From the NCBI GenBank assembly GCA_047495785.1, contig JBLDXI010000015.1:2418001-2482000 (forward strand): 64,000 nt of DNA, given 5' to 3'. The position numbers and the translations under genes were made by a program. Position 1 is the stretch's first letter, and each line of letters begins with the position of its first letter. Below the pieces are notes generated by a model, which saw only the letters and a list, made by a program, of their open reading frames with translations, ran no database searches and was not told the DNA's origin. This document shows positions 24,073 through 36,133 of the stretch, in pieces. This DNA comes from Lepidodermella squamata. Its lineage: Eukaryota > Animalia > Gastrotricha.

Positions 24073-24429
24073 TCATTTTCCCATCGTCCAGCTACCACCT
24101 ATCCAGCCACCTAAATGGAACGGCCTCAGACAAAAGCAAAAAGTTTCGTCCCAATGCAGCTCGTCCCTGCAGGTTCGTCTTCTGCACCTAAGCCACAAAT
24201 ACATGCGGTTATCAATCGAAAATATTTACCCGGACGTTTTATATTGCTATAACCTGCATTCACAATTGTCAGTCAGCTCTTGGTAGTCTGGACAAAACGA
24301 ATTCGGACACCATAGATTTTTGAAATGGCTCGCACTCGCAATTTCATAGATATTCCCAGGGTTCGAAATGGCAATATCGACGACGAGACTTAAACTAACA
24401 AAGACTGTGAAAACTACACTAGTTCTCAT
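24073..24429 (-). CDS. Secreted 8-Cys peptide P8 (exon1 24429-24254, exon2 24187-24073; 96 aa)
   Basis: HFKNLWCPNSFCPDYQELTDNCEC-R-CRRRTCRDELHWDETFCFCLRPFHLGGWIGGSWTMGK*; 66-nt intron. Confidence 0.85.
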
Positions 24430-24499
24430 GCTAGCTATTATCCAGCTTAAAACGAAAGTTCAACTGAATACAGCTTGCAAAAAACGAAAGCTTTGTTTC

Positions 24500-24616
24500 A
24501 ACTGAACTTGAATTAATTAACAATTAACAAATCTCAAAATATATAGGGCTAGTTATTGAATATTCAAAACGACGGGCTTCATGAATCAATGTGACGCATC
24601 AGCCACAAAAAGCTAA
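24500..24616 (-). promoter_or_regulatory. Peptide-family promoter of P8
   Basis: Same GCTGATGCGTCACATTGATTCATGAAGCCCGTCGTTTTGAATATT block, TATATA and TTCAAGTTCAGT as at 8083-8195. Confidence 0.65.
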
Positions 24617-25270
24617 CGTTTCAGCCACGTTTCCGTATAGTACCGTATAGTAGCAAAAACTCTGAGCAAAACCGTCGCTGCGGTGCTAATTTTGCGGAAT
24701 TCTGCCCTCATTAGCATTTTCAGTACTTCTGAATAAGGATTCATGTCGTGTTTTTGGAGTCCGCTCATTGAAAACATTGATCGAATCGAATTCGAATTCG
24801 GGTTTCTGCTGGGGTTTCTGCATCCAAACTGTCCTTTTACTTCAGTTTGCCGTGCTAAACTGAACAGCCAACTTTTATATATTGTTGTAGAAAACTACTG
24901 ATTAAGAATGGCGGATACACATTTTGAAAGTTGTCACTGAGCGCAAACTAATAGAAGGTGAATTTTTGTGTACGCGGCTGATTTTTATTCTGAAGCTGAA
25001 AATTATGGAGAATTTCGTGGTGATTTTCTTTATCATTTTGAATTTTTGAATATTTTCTCTAATTTATTACTTGAATCGTGAAACCCCCAGAAAATTCCGA
25101 AAGTGCAATGAATCATTTTTATATCTAACTTTCAACAGAGAAACCTGTTTAATATTTTTAAAGTTCTACAAGTTCCGTGAATTGAGATTAACTGCCATTA
25201 ATTCCCGGAAGTTTGTAACAAGTTTGTATTATATTGTAGTTTATAAGAGTTGTCTTGAAGTATTAATTCG

Positions 25271-25870
25271 TTAGCTCGGTCGGTCCGTTGTGCCCTGCCT
25301 TCTTGCCATGGCCTGCTTCGACCAGCTTCTTTCGACCAGCCAGCTAACACTTAAAAGATGCGGCCTCAGACAAGCGCAATATTTTTCGTGCCATTTCGAC
25401 CCGCCCGAACAGGTTTCTCTCATGCAGCTAATAAGGGCAAACAATAACATGCGATTATCATAAAAGTCTCAAAAAAGTACTTTTAACCCGCCTAAAAATA
25501 ATTGGGGACGTGGAAAGAACTTTGTCACGTTGTTTCTAAGGGTCAAATAGACTGTTCCTTTTATTTTTTAGTTCTTCCCTCGTCCCCATGCATTGTAGGC
25601 GGATTATAAGGGACTTTTTTAAGATCTATAAGAAATATGCAAGCGGCCGTTTTATTCTAACCTGCATTCACAATCAGCAGTCAACACTTGGTAGGGCGGA
25701 CAATTCGCATTTGGACACCACAGTTCTCGGAAATGATCGATACCCGAATCTGGTTTGACATCCTCACCGCTGTTCGTGGCTGGCGCCCTTCGGTACGGTA
25801 GGGCAATTTCGACGAGGAGACTCAGACAAACACACATTGTAAAAACTAAACGAGTTCTCATGTTAGCCAT
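25271..25870 (-). CDS. Secreted 8-Cys peptide P9 (exon1 25870-25662, exon2 25427-25271; 121 aa)
   Basis: HFRELWCPNANCPPYQVLTADCEC-S-CMRETCSGGSKWHEKYCACLRPHLLSVSWLVERSWSKQAMARRQGTTDRPS*. Confidence 0.85.
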
Positions 25871-27251
25871 TCGCTTCAGCAAATTTATAGCGGAATAGTG
25901 TTTCAACTGAACTTTAATTATAATTAACCAAGTTTCAACTCTTCTACGTGAAACAGGACGGGTTTGATGAATAAATGTGACGCATTAACCGCAAAAAGCT
26001 TAGCTCATCAATTTTCGTTTCAGTTTATAGCGTGTAAAGCGGTGCGAATTTGTACAAAAAAACTACAACATTTTGCAGCCTGAACCTAAAAAAAACAAAC
26101 AAAAAACCACGGAACTTTTGATTTCTGGGTTGTCACTGATATAGGCCGTTCAGGTTCAGAAGTGAACAAGGTGCGAAGTTCAGGGGTGCTGGGGTGTTGC
26201 AACACCCCAGCTCCGGGACTCCAACAAGAGGAAGGCTGAAAAAACCACAGGGGTGACCCTTTAGTTTTTTCGGCTGCGTCCTAGAAAACAAGCAGAAAAC
26301 ACCTCAGCTCCCGGATCCTACTTCGCACACTTCAACTGAAGCTTTTATGCAGACTTATGGCGCCCTCCAGCGATTTTAAATTTGTGCCTTTTTTGACTTT
26401 CAGCAACGATGGCTCCATAACGGTGAGGCACTGACTCGTGAGATTTTGTGAGCTTACCGGAATAGGTTCTGACCGTTCATGGTCAAAATATGAGCCCTGA
26501 GAACCTCATGGTTATGGAATGACAAGCGTTTGAAAAAGGGGACATTTTTATGCAGATTTAGGTAAACTTACCCTAATATCTACTATATTCACGCAAACTG
26601 TATTTTTCCATTATTCTTACACTTACTGTACTCAGTGTACAGTCGGAATTTTTCCGCCGAGCGAGTTCTTCCGCGATGTGAACGTTCTCATATTAGCTAA
26701 TTTTTATCCGGACCTTCAACAAAGTTTAATGGATCGGCAGTTAACTTGTTTGGGTCAACCATCGCATTGGTCGCCGAAATCTTCATGCTCTCCGGCTAGC
26801 CGAATCATCAGTAGTAAAGACTCGCGAAACAGAGCGCCGATACCACACCCCAAGATCATCAGTCATCAGTTGCCTCTGAATAACCCCATACTGTATTTTG
26901 CTGGAACTTGAATCAAGAAAAATGCAAGTGGTCCATAAATGGATAAGGGGCAAATAGAAACCCGCTGGTGAGCCAGCTTACCATTTCTGTCCTCATTTTC
27001 AATTTCATAGTTCAAAGTGTAGATCAGTACATTCGAAAAAAGATGAAAAATTGAGCAATAGGATGAGTGCGAGTCATTGAGCTACCCATTTGAAAGCATA
27101 TAGCCAAAATGCGCCACGTTAATTCACGCAAACCGTGGCTTTGAATATTTAACACCTGACCCTATGTATAAATGATGTAACTTTTCAATTAATTAAAGCT
27201 CGACTTTATTGCCGTTTCTGATTTACAACTGCCGTTGAAGGTTGGTAAACA

Positions 27252-27741
27252 ATGGCTGATAACAGCACTGTTTTAATTCGCGCACTCTTCGTCACGTTGA
27301 TTCTAGTCGTCAAGATTGCTTGGCCGAACCCTACGCTAACCAATTTTAAAACGCCTGACATAGCATTGGATCAATTTTCCAACGCGTCAGCATTTGAACC
27401 ATATGATGATAGAGAATTAATGGATCGCCTATATTATCAATATCTCTTAGAAAACAACCTCGTAGACAGCGAGGACGAGAGTGCGGATCATTTCTCAGAA
27501 CTGTGGTGTCAAAATGCGCGATGCCGACCCTACGAACAGCTGAACGATGATTGTGAATGCACGTAAGCAATAAAATCTCCGCAATATGGAGACGTATTTT
27601 CAATTAAATATTTCAAATTTAATGCTTAGATGCATCAGGACAATGTCTTGTACAGGCGAGTGGCGATGGGACGAAAATGTTTGCGGTTGTGTGAGGCCGT
27701 TGCTGTGGAAATTGTCGTTTGATTGGTTGGGTGTGTGGTGA
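27252..27741 (+). CDS. Secreted 8-Cys peptide P10 with long acidic spacer (exon1 27252-27562, exon2 27630-27741; 140 aa)
   Basis: HFSELWCQNARCRPYEQLNDDCEC-T-CIRTMSCTGEWRWDENVCGCVRPLLWKLSFDWLGVW*; GTAAGC donor, 67-nt intron. Confidence 0.87.
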
Positions 27742-28337
27742 TGAAGTTAGCTGTCATGCCAAAAATATTTCAAAAATCCCGGAACTTTGAGATGCCTGAT
27801 ATTATTACACAATGTCTTGTTCACACTAATGTTTTTAACGCTTACTCCTTTAATGCTGAACCAATCCTTTAATGCTTGGACAACCATGTCCGAGCGGCTA
27901 TCCTATTACCGCCAGCATCACTGGTTTAGTTGGAAGCCGAAGCACATTGAACTAGTTTCGTCGCATGAATTCATTTAATTTTATTAACAATAATGTCATA
28001 TTTATATTCATGATTTTATTGAAACATTAAAATAACTGAACCAGCGACGGTGTCCAAGAACGGCCTATTATGATCTCCTTATAATGAGGCAAAAAATAGT
28101 GGGCATTTTACGATCAAAAGGTTTTGCTTTCTTGAAATCATGGGGGTATATCAGAGGAATTTAACAGATGAAACTTTCAACTTCCTTTCATAAGTGCGTA
28201 ATTTTCCGCGAAATGGGATACCCGAGGCATTGATTCACGGAAGTATGAATGTCACCGGACATTTTCCGGCGCATGAGTTAGAATAATGCGTGTATGTAAT
28301 AGTATTAGGGGGTATGCATGCAGTTGTCTTTTTTTCG

Positions 28338-28780
28338 TTAGTACGTTTGATCTGTTTTGGCCTGCCTTCTTTCCACGGCCTGCATTCTTTCGACCAGCCA
28401 GCCAAGACCTAAGTGAATCGGCCTCAGACAAGCGCAATGCTTTTCGTGCCATTATGTCAGCCCACCGTATGTCAGCCCACCCGAACACGTTTCTCTCTTG
28501 CATCTAAATCATAGATACAAAAGCAGGCAATTATCAAAAAGAAATATGAACCCTTTACTGCTAACCTGCATTCACAATTGTCAGTCAGCACTTGGTAGGG
28601 CGGACAATACTTATTAGTACACCAAACTTCTCTGAATTGTCGTTCGCCCCCATGCCCGTAATCATAACCGCCGTAACGGTCCCCGCCGTGCGAGTACAAT
28701 CCACGGCAATAGGCAATTTCGATGAAGAGAGTCAAACAAACGAAAATTGTGAGAACCGAGCAAGTTCTCATGTTGTTCAT
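28338..28780 (-). pseudogene. 8-Cys peptide P11 with premature stop (exon1 28780-28566, exon2 28503-28338)
   Basis: Gly/Tyr-rich spacer. A ~15-nt tandem duplication (GGTGGGCTGACATA x2) in exon 2 gives TAA at 28454-28452, before WHEKHCAC. Confidence 0.75.
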
Positions 28781-29320
28781 AGTATCAAAAAATGTAACGC
28801 AATGGCTTGCGAAAATCCGATGCAGTGAATTCAATTAAACTTGAATAAATTAAACGAGTTCCAACTCTTTTACGACCGCAAATATTAAATATTTAAAAAC
28901 GACGGGTTTGATGAATCAATGTGGCGCATTAGCCGCAACAAGCGTTGCTCTTCCGTTTTGGTTTCAGCGCATAGGTACAGCGGTGCGAGGTTATAAAAAC
29001 TACGTGTTTTTCCAGCATGAACCTAAAAACATAAAAGGAGTAAATGTTCTATAAAGAGGCGATGAAAGAGTGGAATTCGCCGCGATTACCTGATGAAAGA
29101 ATCTTGTCAATTTATCTGAAATTGAGCCTATGAAATTTGTTGCTCCCCATATCGAAACAGCTTTACTTTGCCTTCATTATTGCGAGGTAATATAAATGGG
29201 AATAATGTCTCCCGCTCACGGAACAAAATATCTACAATCATCCGAAAGACATTTTAATGCGGAAAATTGTCGAATTTATCGGCTACCATGTGCAAAGCCA
29301 TTTTTTGTGCCTTTTATTTG

Positions 29321-29741
29321 AGCCATGCCTTAATGCATGTAAAATAGACCCATTTTCAAATCGATTTTTCGAAAACCTTCATTTTTGTAATTTGTTGGTA
29401 ATTTGTGTTCTGGAACAAATTTTGGAACAACCAGGCTCGTCTTCCCAGGACCCAGAACAGGAAAAATAAAAACATGCTTTCAAATTGTGATTAATAATTG
29501 TGAAGCTATCCGTCACGAAATACATAGTCGCTAAATTTCGATCAACGAGATTTTGTGAGCTCCCTTGGGACATCCAGGTGACCTGGTAACGGTCCTGGGA
29601 AGATGAGCCTGGCCTCGGTGGAAAGAGCGCATAAAATGCTCCAGGACACAAGTTACCGATAAATTATAAAAATTAAGTTTTTCGAAAAATCTATTTGAAA
29701 ATGTGTCGATTTTACATGCATTTAGCTATGCGCACATGGCT
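29321..29741. mobile_element. Degenerate MITE with ~65-bp imperfect TIRs
   Basis: AATGCATGTAAAATAGACCCATTTTCAAATCGATTTTTCGAAAA near 29332 is inverted at ~29678-29722. Confidence 0.6.
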
Positions 29742-30158
29742 AAAATGTTGACACTATGGCAGGATCCTAAACTGCAGCGTTTTGTACCGTTTTCTTACCA
29801 CAGATCATGCCTGCCGTGTTTTGGCAAAGTTTAACAAAGTTTCGCCTTGAAAGCCTCGTAAAACTCCGGCAAAATTTTTATTACGGAAGTCTATAGCAGT
29901 GCTGGAGTCTTAAAATTAGGGCTGAAACCCTAAATTTGGGGTGCGCACTTGACACACCCAAATTATTTTCGTCTCACACATTCAAGAGAAGATGGAACTT
30001 GCCTAAAAGTTCTATTAGTTCCGTGTATTCGGATTTCCCAAAGCAATTAATTCACGCGGTTGAAGTTTCAAACGAGTTATAAGCCTTCACTGTCACATGA
30101 GTTGATGGCACTTTTTTCCGATGCAGGATATGAGACTTTTCTTGAAACTCGCTACTCG

Positions 30159-30774
30159 CTAGTACATTTGAACCGTTTTGCCCCGCCTTCTTTCGACGGC
30201 CTGCCTTCTTTCGACCAACCAGCCAAGACCTAAGTGAATCGGCCTCATACAAGCGCAAAACTTTTCGTGCCATTTCAGCTCGCCCGGACACGGTTCTCTC
30301 ATGCAGCTAAAGGGCAAACAATAGCATGCAATTATTATCATTAAAACGAAAAAACGAAAAACGACAAATAAAATCCAATTTTCGCTCTTTTCCCAGATGT
30401 TTTTCAAAACAATTTGGCCTGGAAATAAGCTTAAGATAGGCTTATTTTCCGCATGGATCTTTATTCCTATATAAAATGTAAACTATTACTGCTGGGTTAG
30501 TGTTAGTGGCCTGCCCTTCTAATCTTGAAAGTAATTTCGAAATAAAATTATTATTTTTGAACATGTGCTTTAATGCTAACCTGCATTCACAATCATCAGT
30601 CAGCACTTGGTAAGGTGGGCAATACGCATTTGGACACCAGAGATGTTTGTAATGGTCGGGCCCCTTATCCGGTCTAACTCCATAACCGCCGTAGCTGTAC
30701 GGTAGGGCAATTTCGATGACGAGACTCGAGCAAACAAAGATTGTAATAACTAAACGAGTTAGCATGTTAGCCAT
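30159..30774 (-). CDS. Secreted 8-Cys peptide P12 (exon1 30774-30581, exon2 30306-30159; 113 aa)
   Basis: HYKHLWCPNAYCPPYQVLTDDCEC-S-CMREPCPGELKWHEKFCACMRPIHLGLGWLVERRQAVERRRGKTVQMY*. Confidence 0.85.
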
Positions 30775-31317
30775 TGTGTTGTATATATGCAAAGCTTCGA
30801 TAATACAATTTAACGGCTTGCGAAAATCACATGCAATGCTTCAACTATGACCTTGAATTAATTGAAAAACATTTCTAGGCTGCGGGTACGGAATATTCAA
30901 AAATGACGGGTTTAATGAATTGATATCAATACATGTAAACTATCCGCATCAACTTTGGTTTCAGGGTATATAGCGTACCTATGTATAGCGGTGAAAAAAA
31001 CGATGTTTTGCAGCTGGAACCTGCAAAAAGCACGGGGATTTTAGGATTGTCAGTGATATTATACATGCAAATCAGGTATAATTATCGTCAATGAAAGAGC
31101 AATGAAAGAAGAAGAATGAAAGAAGAATGAAAGAGGCAATGAAAGAGCTAAAAACTTGGCGCCAGAATCTTTGTAAAATTGTAATTGATCTAAAAATTGA
31201 GCTTATATGAAATTTGCCGCTTCCTGCTATATCCTATTTTATTGTGCCATTCAGCCTGAGAAAAGATATTTCTCAGGTCGATTACTTCCACGACATGATT
31301 TCGCCGAATTTTAGCTA

Positions 31318-34300
31318 CCGTGGTGTGGGGTAACTTGGCCGGAAATATGGTTTTTTAAACCTCATATGTCTCCGGTAACTTGTTTCGCTTTAAATTGTAT
31401 ACCGAAAAAACCCCCGTTCAATTCTCGATCGATTGGTCAAAACCCGGTCGGCGACCGATAAAATCAATCGATTCTGTGGAGGTTGAAGTGATCTTGACCA
31501 CGTGGGGTAACTTGGCCGCATGGCTATTTGACTTGGGGATGAACCATCTGGCAGAAACTATGGTGATGATTCATCACGCCCTCTCATGTCTAGGGGCGTG
31601 TTCAAAAAGTCTCAGCGCCACTGAATGCGCATTCTTAATTACAGGCATTGTTCTCTCATTGCGCAATAGTGTTTAAACGAAACTTCAACTTTTATTTCTT
31701 TTTATCGCAGTCTAACGCGGAAAGCTTATTCACCTCGGGAAATTTTTTAAATATTGCAATAAATTGTGGGAAAATTGTTAGGAATTTGCGCCCAACAGTC
31801 TCTCTTCAATTTTGATTTTTTGGGAACATTTTTGTAATAATTTCCCTCCAAAAGGCAAATAAAAGCGACCTAACGGATTGTCGAGTGATTTTCACCCCGT
31901 TTTTTCGGTTTACGACGATAGAGAACAATCTAGAATCTAGACCGCCACAGTGTCGCCGCGATTTTATCGGCATAAATTATACATGCTGCGAGAAAGTTTG
32001 GAATCGGTCTCGCTCTGAATGAATTTTTGGGAATTGTTCATCAAACGACTCTTGATTTTAAATTGAAAGCTGCAGCTATCACCCTCCCGATAAAAGTAAA
32101 GGTATTTTTCAAAATGTTTTGGGAAGGCTTCGAAAATTAGCAGTTGTGAAATTGAAAATATGTGATGCCGCCCAAAATTTTTAATTTAATTTTTTAATTT
32201 AATTTTCAATTTTTGGAAAAGAAAAATTAAAAATTGAACTGAGCCTTATGTGTTTTCCTGAAATAGGGGAAAAGGAAGAAGTGGTACCATTCGGCATTTC
32301 ATTTGCTATTTTTTTGCATTGATTAATTAAAGAAATTCATTTATTCAAACTTGATAATTTATAAATTTTTAATAGCTGTGAAGTAGAAATGTGCCGTAGA
32401 GGCGTTCCAAGGTGTTCCGCAAGGTTTCCGAATAACTTTCCCACTTTGCAGACGTAGAAACACTTTGCCGTCAAAAAATTGATAAAAATAAAATTCATAT
32501 GGAAACATTGTCTAATCATGACGCACGTGAGTAATCAGGGAAAGTTTCAGACTGCTCGAGCAGCCTGAAACTTCGAACAATGCTTGTCCCTCACTGAACG
32601 TTCTGAGCATTAGCCGCTTTTACACTACAAGCACATATGTATTTCTGACTGTTCATAGTAATTAAGTCCACACAGCAGTATTACAAGCGATGAAAATGCC
32701 AAATTAAATTTTAATTTTTGGAAATCCGAGTTTCAATTTTAAGTTTATTGTAATTTTTGAGGTAATTATTGAGGTGCTGAAGGAATATAGCGTAAGTATT
32801 GACGGTAATAAATGTTAAGAACATTTCTTGCCACCTCAGCTACATCTCCCTTTTTACCGCATTCGAAAATCGTTTTTTAAATGACAAGGAAGGGTCAGTA
32901 CCAACTCGTTCATTTTAGGCGCTGAGATTTTTAGCATTTATAACAAGGAATTCTGGGATCGGATGAAAACGCTGTTTTCACAGAAAGATTCCTCGCGGAG
33001 ATACCTTTCAAGTGGCACCTTGAACTCAGAAAACTGAAGTCGCAATCGCGAGCGGTAATTACCTGAATTTTGTGGGTTAACATGGCCGATTTTCAACGTG
33101 CGAAATGCGCACTAAAATTTGGCATATACATGAGAGGGCGTGATGAATCATCGTCCTAGTTTCTGCCAGATGGTTCATCCCCAAGTGAAATAGCCATGCG
33201 GCCAAGTTACCCCACTTGGTCAAGATCACTTCAACCTCCACAGACCGGGCTTTGACCAATCGATTGAGAATGGAACGGGGATTTTTTTGGTATACAATTT
33301 AAAGCGAAACAAGTTACCGGAGACATATGAGGTTTAAAAAACCATATTTCCGGCCAAGTTACCCCACACCACGGTAGAATCAGCATTTGAAATGAATTTC
33401 TAGCATTAATTGGCAGCTAAGCCAAATAAAAGATCCATTTCATGCTCGAGAAAAAGTATTTTGATTGACATATATTTTTCTAATTTGATTACAATTTTGG
33501 CTTCGACGAATGCTCAGTTGAATTTATTATTTTTGGGTCTGAGTTTCCAAGCTGAACAAATTAAGGTGGATACCCGCGGAGCAAATCGATTATTTCCGGC
33601 CGAACAAGCCCTTTATTAACCTTCTATTTATTGTTTTAAAATTTAAGAGCCGCAGCAATATTCTAGTGCCTACCTCACAGCCTAATTTGAAAAATTTCTT
33701 TACTATTTTTCTCATTTTGGATGCATCAAGATGTATGCCCTGTTTATGGAAAATTTGATTACAGGCCTCAAAAACAGTAATTTTTGTCAATTTTTGGTAT
33801 CAACGGTAGGTATTTTCATTTCTCTTTCAAAATAACTGCAATTATTGGCAAGTTATTTCCCGAGGGATGGAGAAGAAATCAAAAGGCGTAGTGACCAATT
33901 TTCCCGAATTTTTTTAATCATTCTAAATAATTATAAAAAATATTTGATACCTTCAAACCCGTAAATCCTTGAAAGTTAAAAAGCGAGAAAACTCGAGTTT
34001 GAGTATTGCGCAATCAATTCTTTGTCTTAATTAATGACGCACATATTAATTACACTTCATACTTACGCTCTCGTGTAAAAGCGGCTATTAAAAAATCGCC
34101 TGAGGTGCGTTTTTTATTAAAACCGTGGTGCTATTGTTCAGCGCTGTGATCAATGTTTCGGTGAGATTCGCAACAGAGAAATCACAATCGGCACGTCTAT
34201 CATGAACTGAACGGCTCGAATTGCTGTCTAGGCCGGTCAGAAAAGACAATTCCCGCGCGGATTAAGAACATTTGGCCGCCTCTGTTGCGAATCTCACCGA

Positions 34301-34668
34301 AACATTGATCACAGCGCTGAACAATAGCACCACGGTTTTAATAAAAAACGCACCTCTGAAAGCGTAATCAAGAGCATCTGTGTCCCTTTCCTCTGAAACT
34401 AAACAATGCGAAAAATCGCTCTGAACATTAAAAAACGCAATTATCGAGTAATTCTGAATAAACAGCGTTCTGAAGCTCTGAGACTTTTTGAACACACCCT
34501 AGGCCAAATTTTAGTGCGCATTTCGCACGTTGAAAATCGGCCAAAAGTTACCCCAAAAAATTCAGGTAATTACCGCTCGTGATTGTGACATCAGTTTTCT
34601 GAGTTCAAGGTCTCATTTGAATCGGCCAGAAGGCGAGACTTTTACGGCCAAGTTACCCCACGCCACGG
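31318..34668. mobile_element. Composite/nested TA-flanked DNA transposon (Tc1/mariner-pogo-like ends)
   Basis: TA|CCGTGGTGTGGGGTAACTTGGCC at 31318. Inverted ends followed by TA at 33374 and 34668. ~250-bp inverted copy of the left end at ~33126-33374. Flanks rejoin to match the uninterrupted paralog near 39700-39740. No intact transposase. Confidence 0.75.
34102..34356. repeat. 77-bp perfect inverted repeat (34102-34178 / 34280-34356)
   Basis: Direct reverse-complement match with a ~100-bp spacer, inside the composite element. Confidence 0.85.
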
Positions 34669-35409
34669 TAAGATGAAAGAAGCTAAGATGAATTGCGGCA
34701 TCATTAATCTTAACGCTGCGCAATATTAGAGTGATGAATATTTTCCTGATTTTTGTCAATTTTCAGTATTCGCGAACAAGTTGGTTCAAGTTTGAGGAAG
34801 TTTTGGCTAACATTTCTCGAAAAATTGCATTCCTGATGCACTAATATCTGGATTTCCGCTTGCATCGCTCCCAAAAACTGTCGTTCGGGTCATTCTTTAT
34901 AGCCCTATTATATTGCCACGGGACTTGAACAACAAGGCCGCATGCTTTGTACTTGTAGCTGGAGTTGTAAATTTATTGATTGATTTGATGAGCATTTTCC
35001 GCCGGCTCGTTCGCTAAAATGGTCCGGCGGTTCTTTTGACTCGGGACCTCAAGGTCTGAGCACACGAATAGGGTCTTTTAAAGGTCTTAAAAATGCATAG
35101 AGGATTCTCTACAGAAAAGCCTGCCTCAGCTGCTTGATTGAAATTTAAGATTGAGATTGAAACACAGGGTATTAAGTCGAGTATAGCAAGACTCCTGAAT
35201 GCCTTGCCTGGCGTCCCATTTCGATTATCGGGCAATGAAGTCTGCTATATAGCTCTAAACTTTCATTTCAAGATGAGCTTCAGAAGTGGGTGACCCGAAA
35301 ATTCGGGGTGAATAAAAAAACACACCCTTTCACGTTCAACATGCAGGAAAAACCTGGTTTTTTAATTTAGCTCCACACTGCGGTTCACCTGATACTAAAT
35401 ATGATGATG

Positions 35410-35470
35410 ATAGCTGTTTGCGGCTGATGCGTCACGTTGATTCGTCAAACCCGTCGTTTTGAATATTCAA
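35410..35470 (+). promoter_or_regulatory. Peptide-family upstream block for P13
   Basis: AGCTGTTTGCGGCTGATGCGTCACGTTGATTCGTCAAACCCGTCGTTTTGAATATT on the + strand, matching the orientation of the + gene at 35724. Confidence 0.65.
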
Positions 35471-35723
35471 ACCCGGCGCTATACATGTTGAAACATCTTT
35501 ATAAGCTTTGTTTTTCCGGAATAATCGGACGATAGGGCTTTCAACACACACATTTAGCATCGAGTATAGTTACCTATATTCTATGAATATATCCGATGAA
35601 AACAAACGCGTTGTTTTGAATAATTAAAACCTGGCCCTTTAGAGAAAGTTTAACCTTTTGAATTTATTCAAGTTCACTCCTGGATTCTAATTTTTTGAAT
35701 TTTTTGTGGAAGGTCGATGAACG

Positions 35724-36133
35724 ATGACCGATTGCAGAGCTGTTGTATTGATTTCATTGACTCTATTCGTTGGAATCGCAATGCCGAATCCTACGCGGAC
35801 CAATGTTAAATTAGATGATGACCCTGAACTCGTCATACCCGTCGAATACGAACGGCCTACTATGAGTAGTCGTCACTACACGGAGTTTTGGTGTCCAAAT
35901 GCACGGTGCCTGGATTTCGAAGAGCTGGCCCTTAATACGTGTAAATGCAAGTTAGCAATGAAACAAGCAATGAAACAAGAAAAAATTGTGTATTCCATAT
36001 GTTTAGGTGCAGGAGAAAAGTTTGTCGAGGCCCGGAGGTATGGGACGATTCTTCTTGCGCTTGTTGGGGGCCTCTTGCGTTAATGGCTAGGTGGATCGAA
36101 TTAGATCGGCAGTCACGCCGAAATATTTCCTGA
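35724..36133 (+). CDS. Secreted 8-Cys peptide P13 (exon1 35724-35950, exon2 36007-36133; 117 aa)
   Basis: HYTEFWCPNARCLDFEELALNTCKC-K-CRRKVCRGPEVWDDSSCACWGPLALMARWIELDRQSRRNIS*; 56-nt intron. Confidence 0.85.

Larger units (their letters stand above)
13160..24480 (+). repeat. Second unit of a ~13.2-kb tandem segmental duplication (matches <1-~11500)
   Basis: TGGCCGCTTTTGCAACG at 1 and 13160. Collinear genes and intergenic DNA (7261 vs 20271, 8500 vs 21730, 10570 vs 23290). Confidence 0.9.

Noticed and set aside
33590-33790. Transposase or recombinase remnant inside the composite element
   Set aside because: Short ORF with no recognisable DDE or tyrosine-recombinase catalytic motif.
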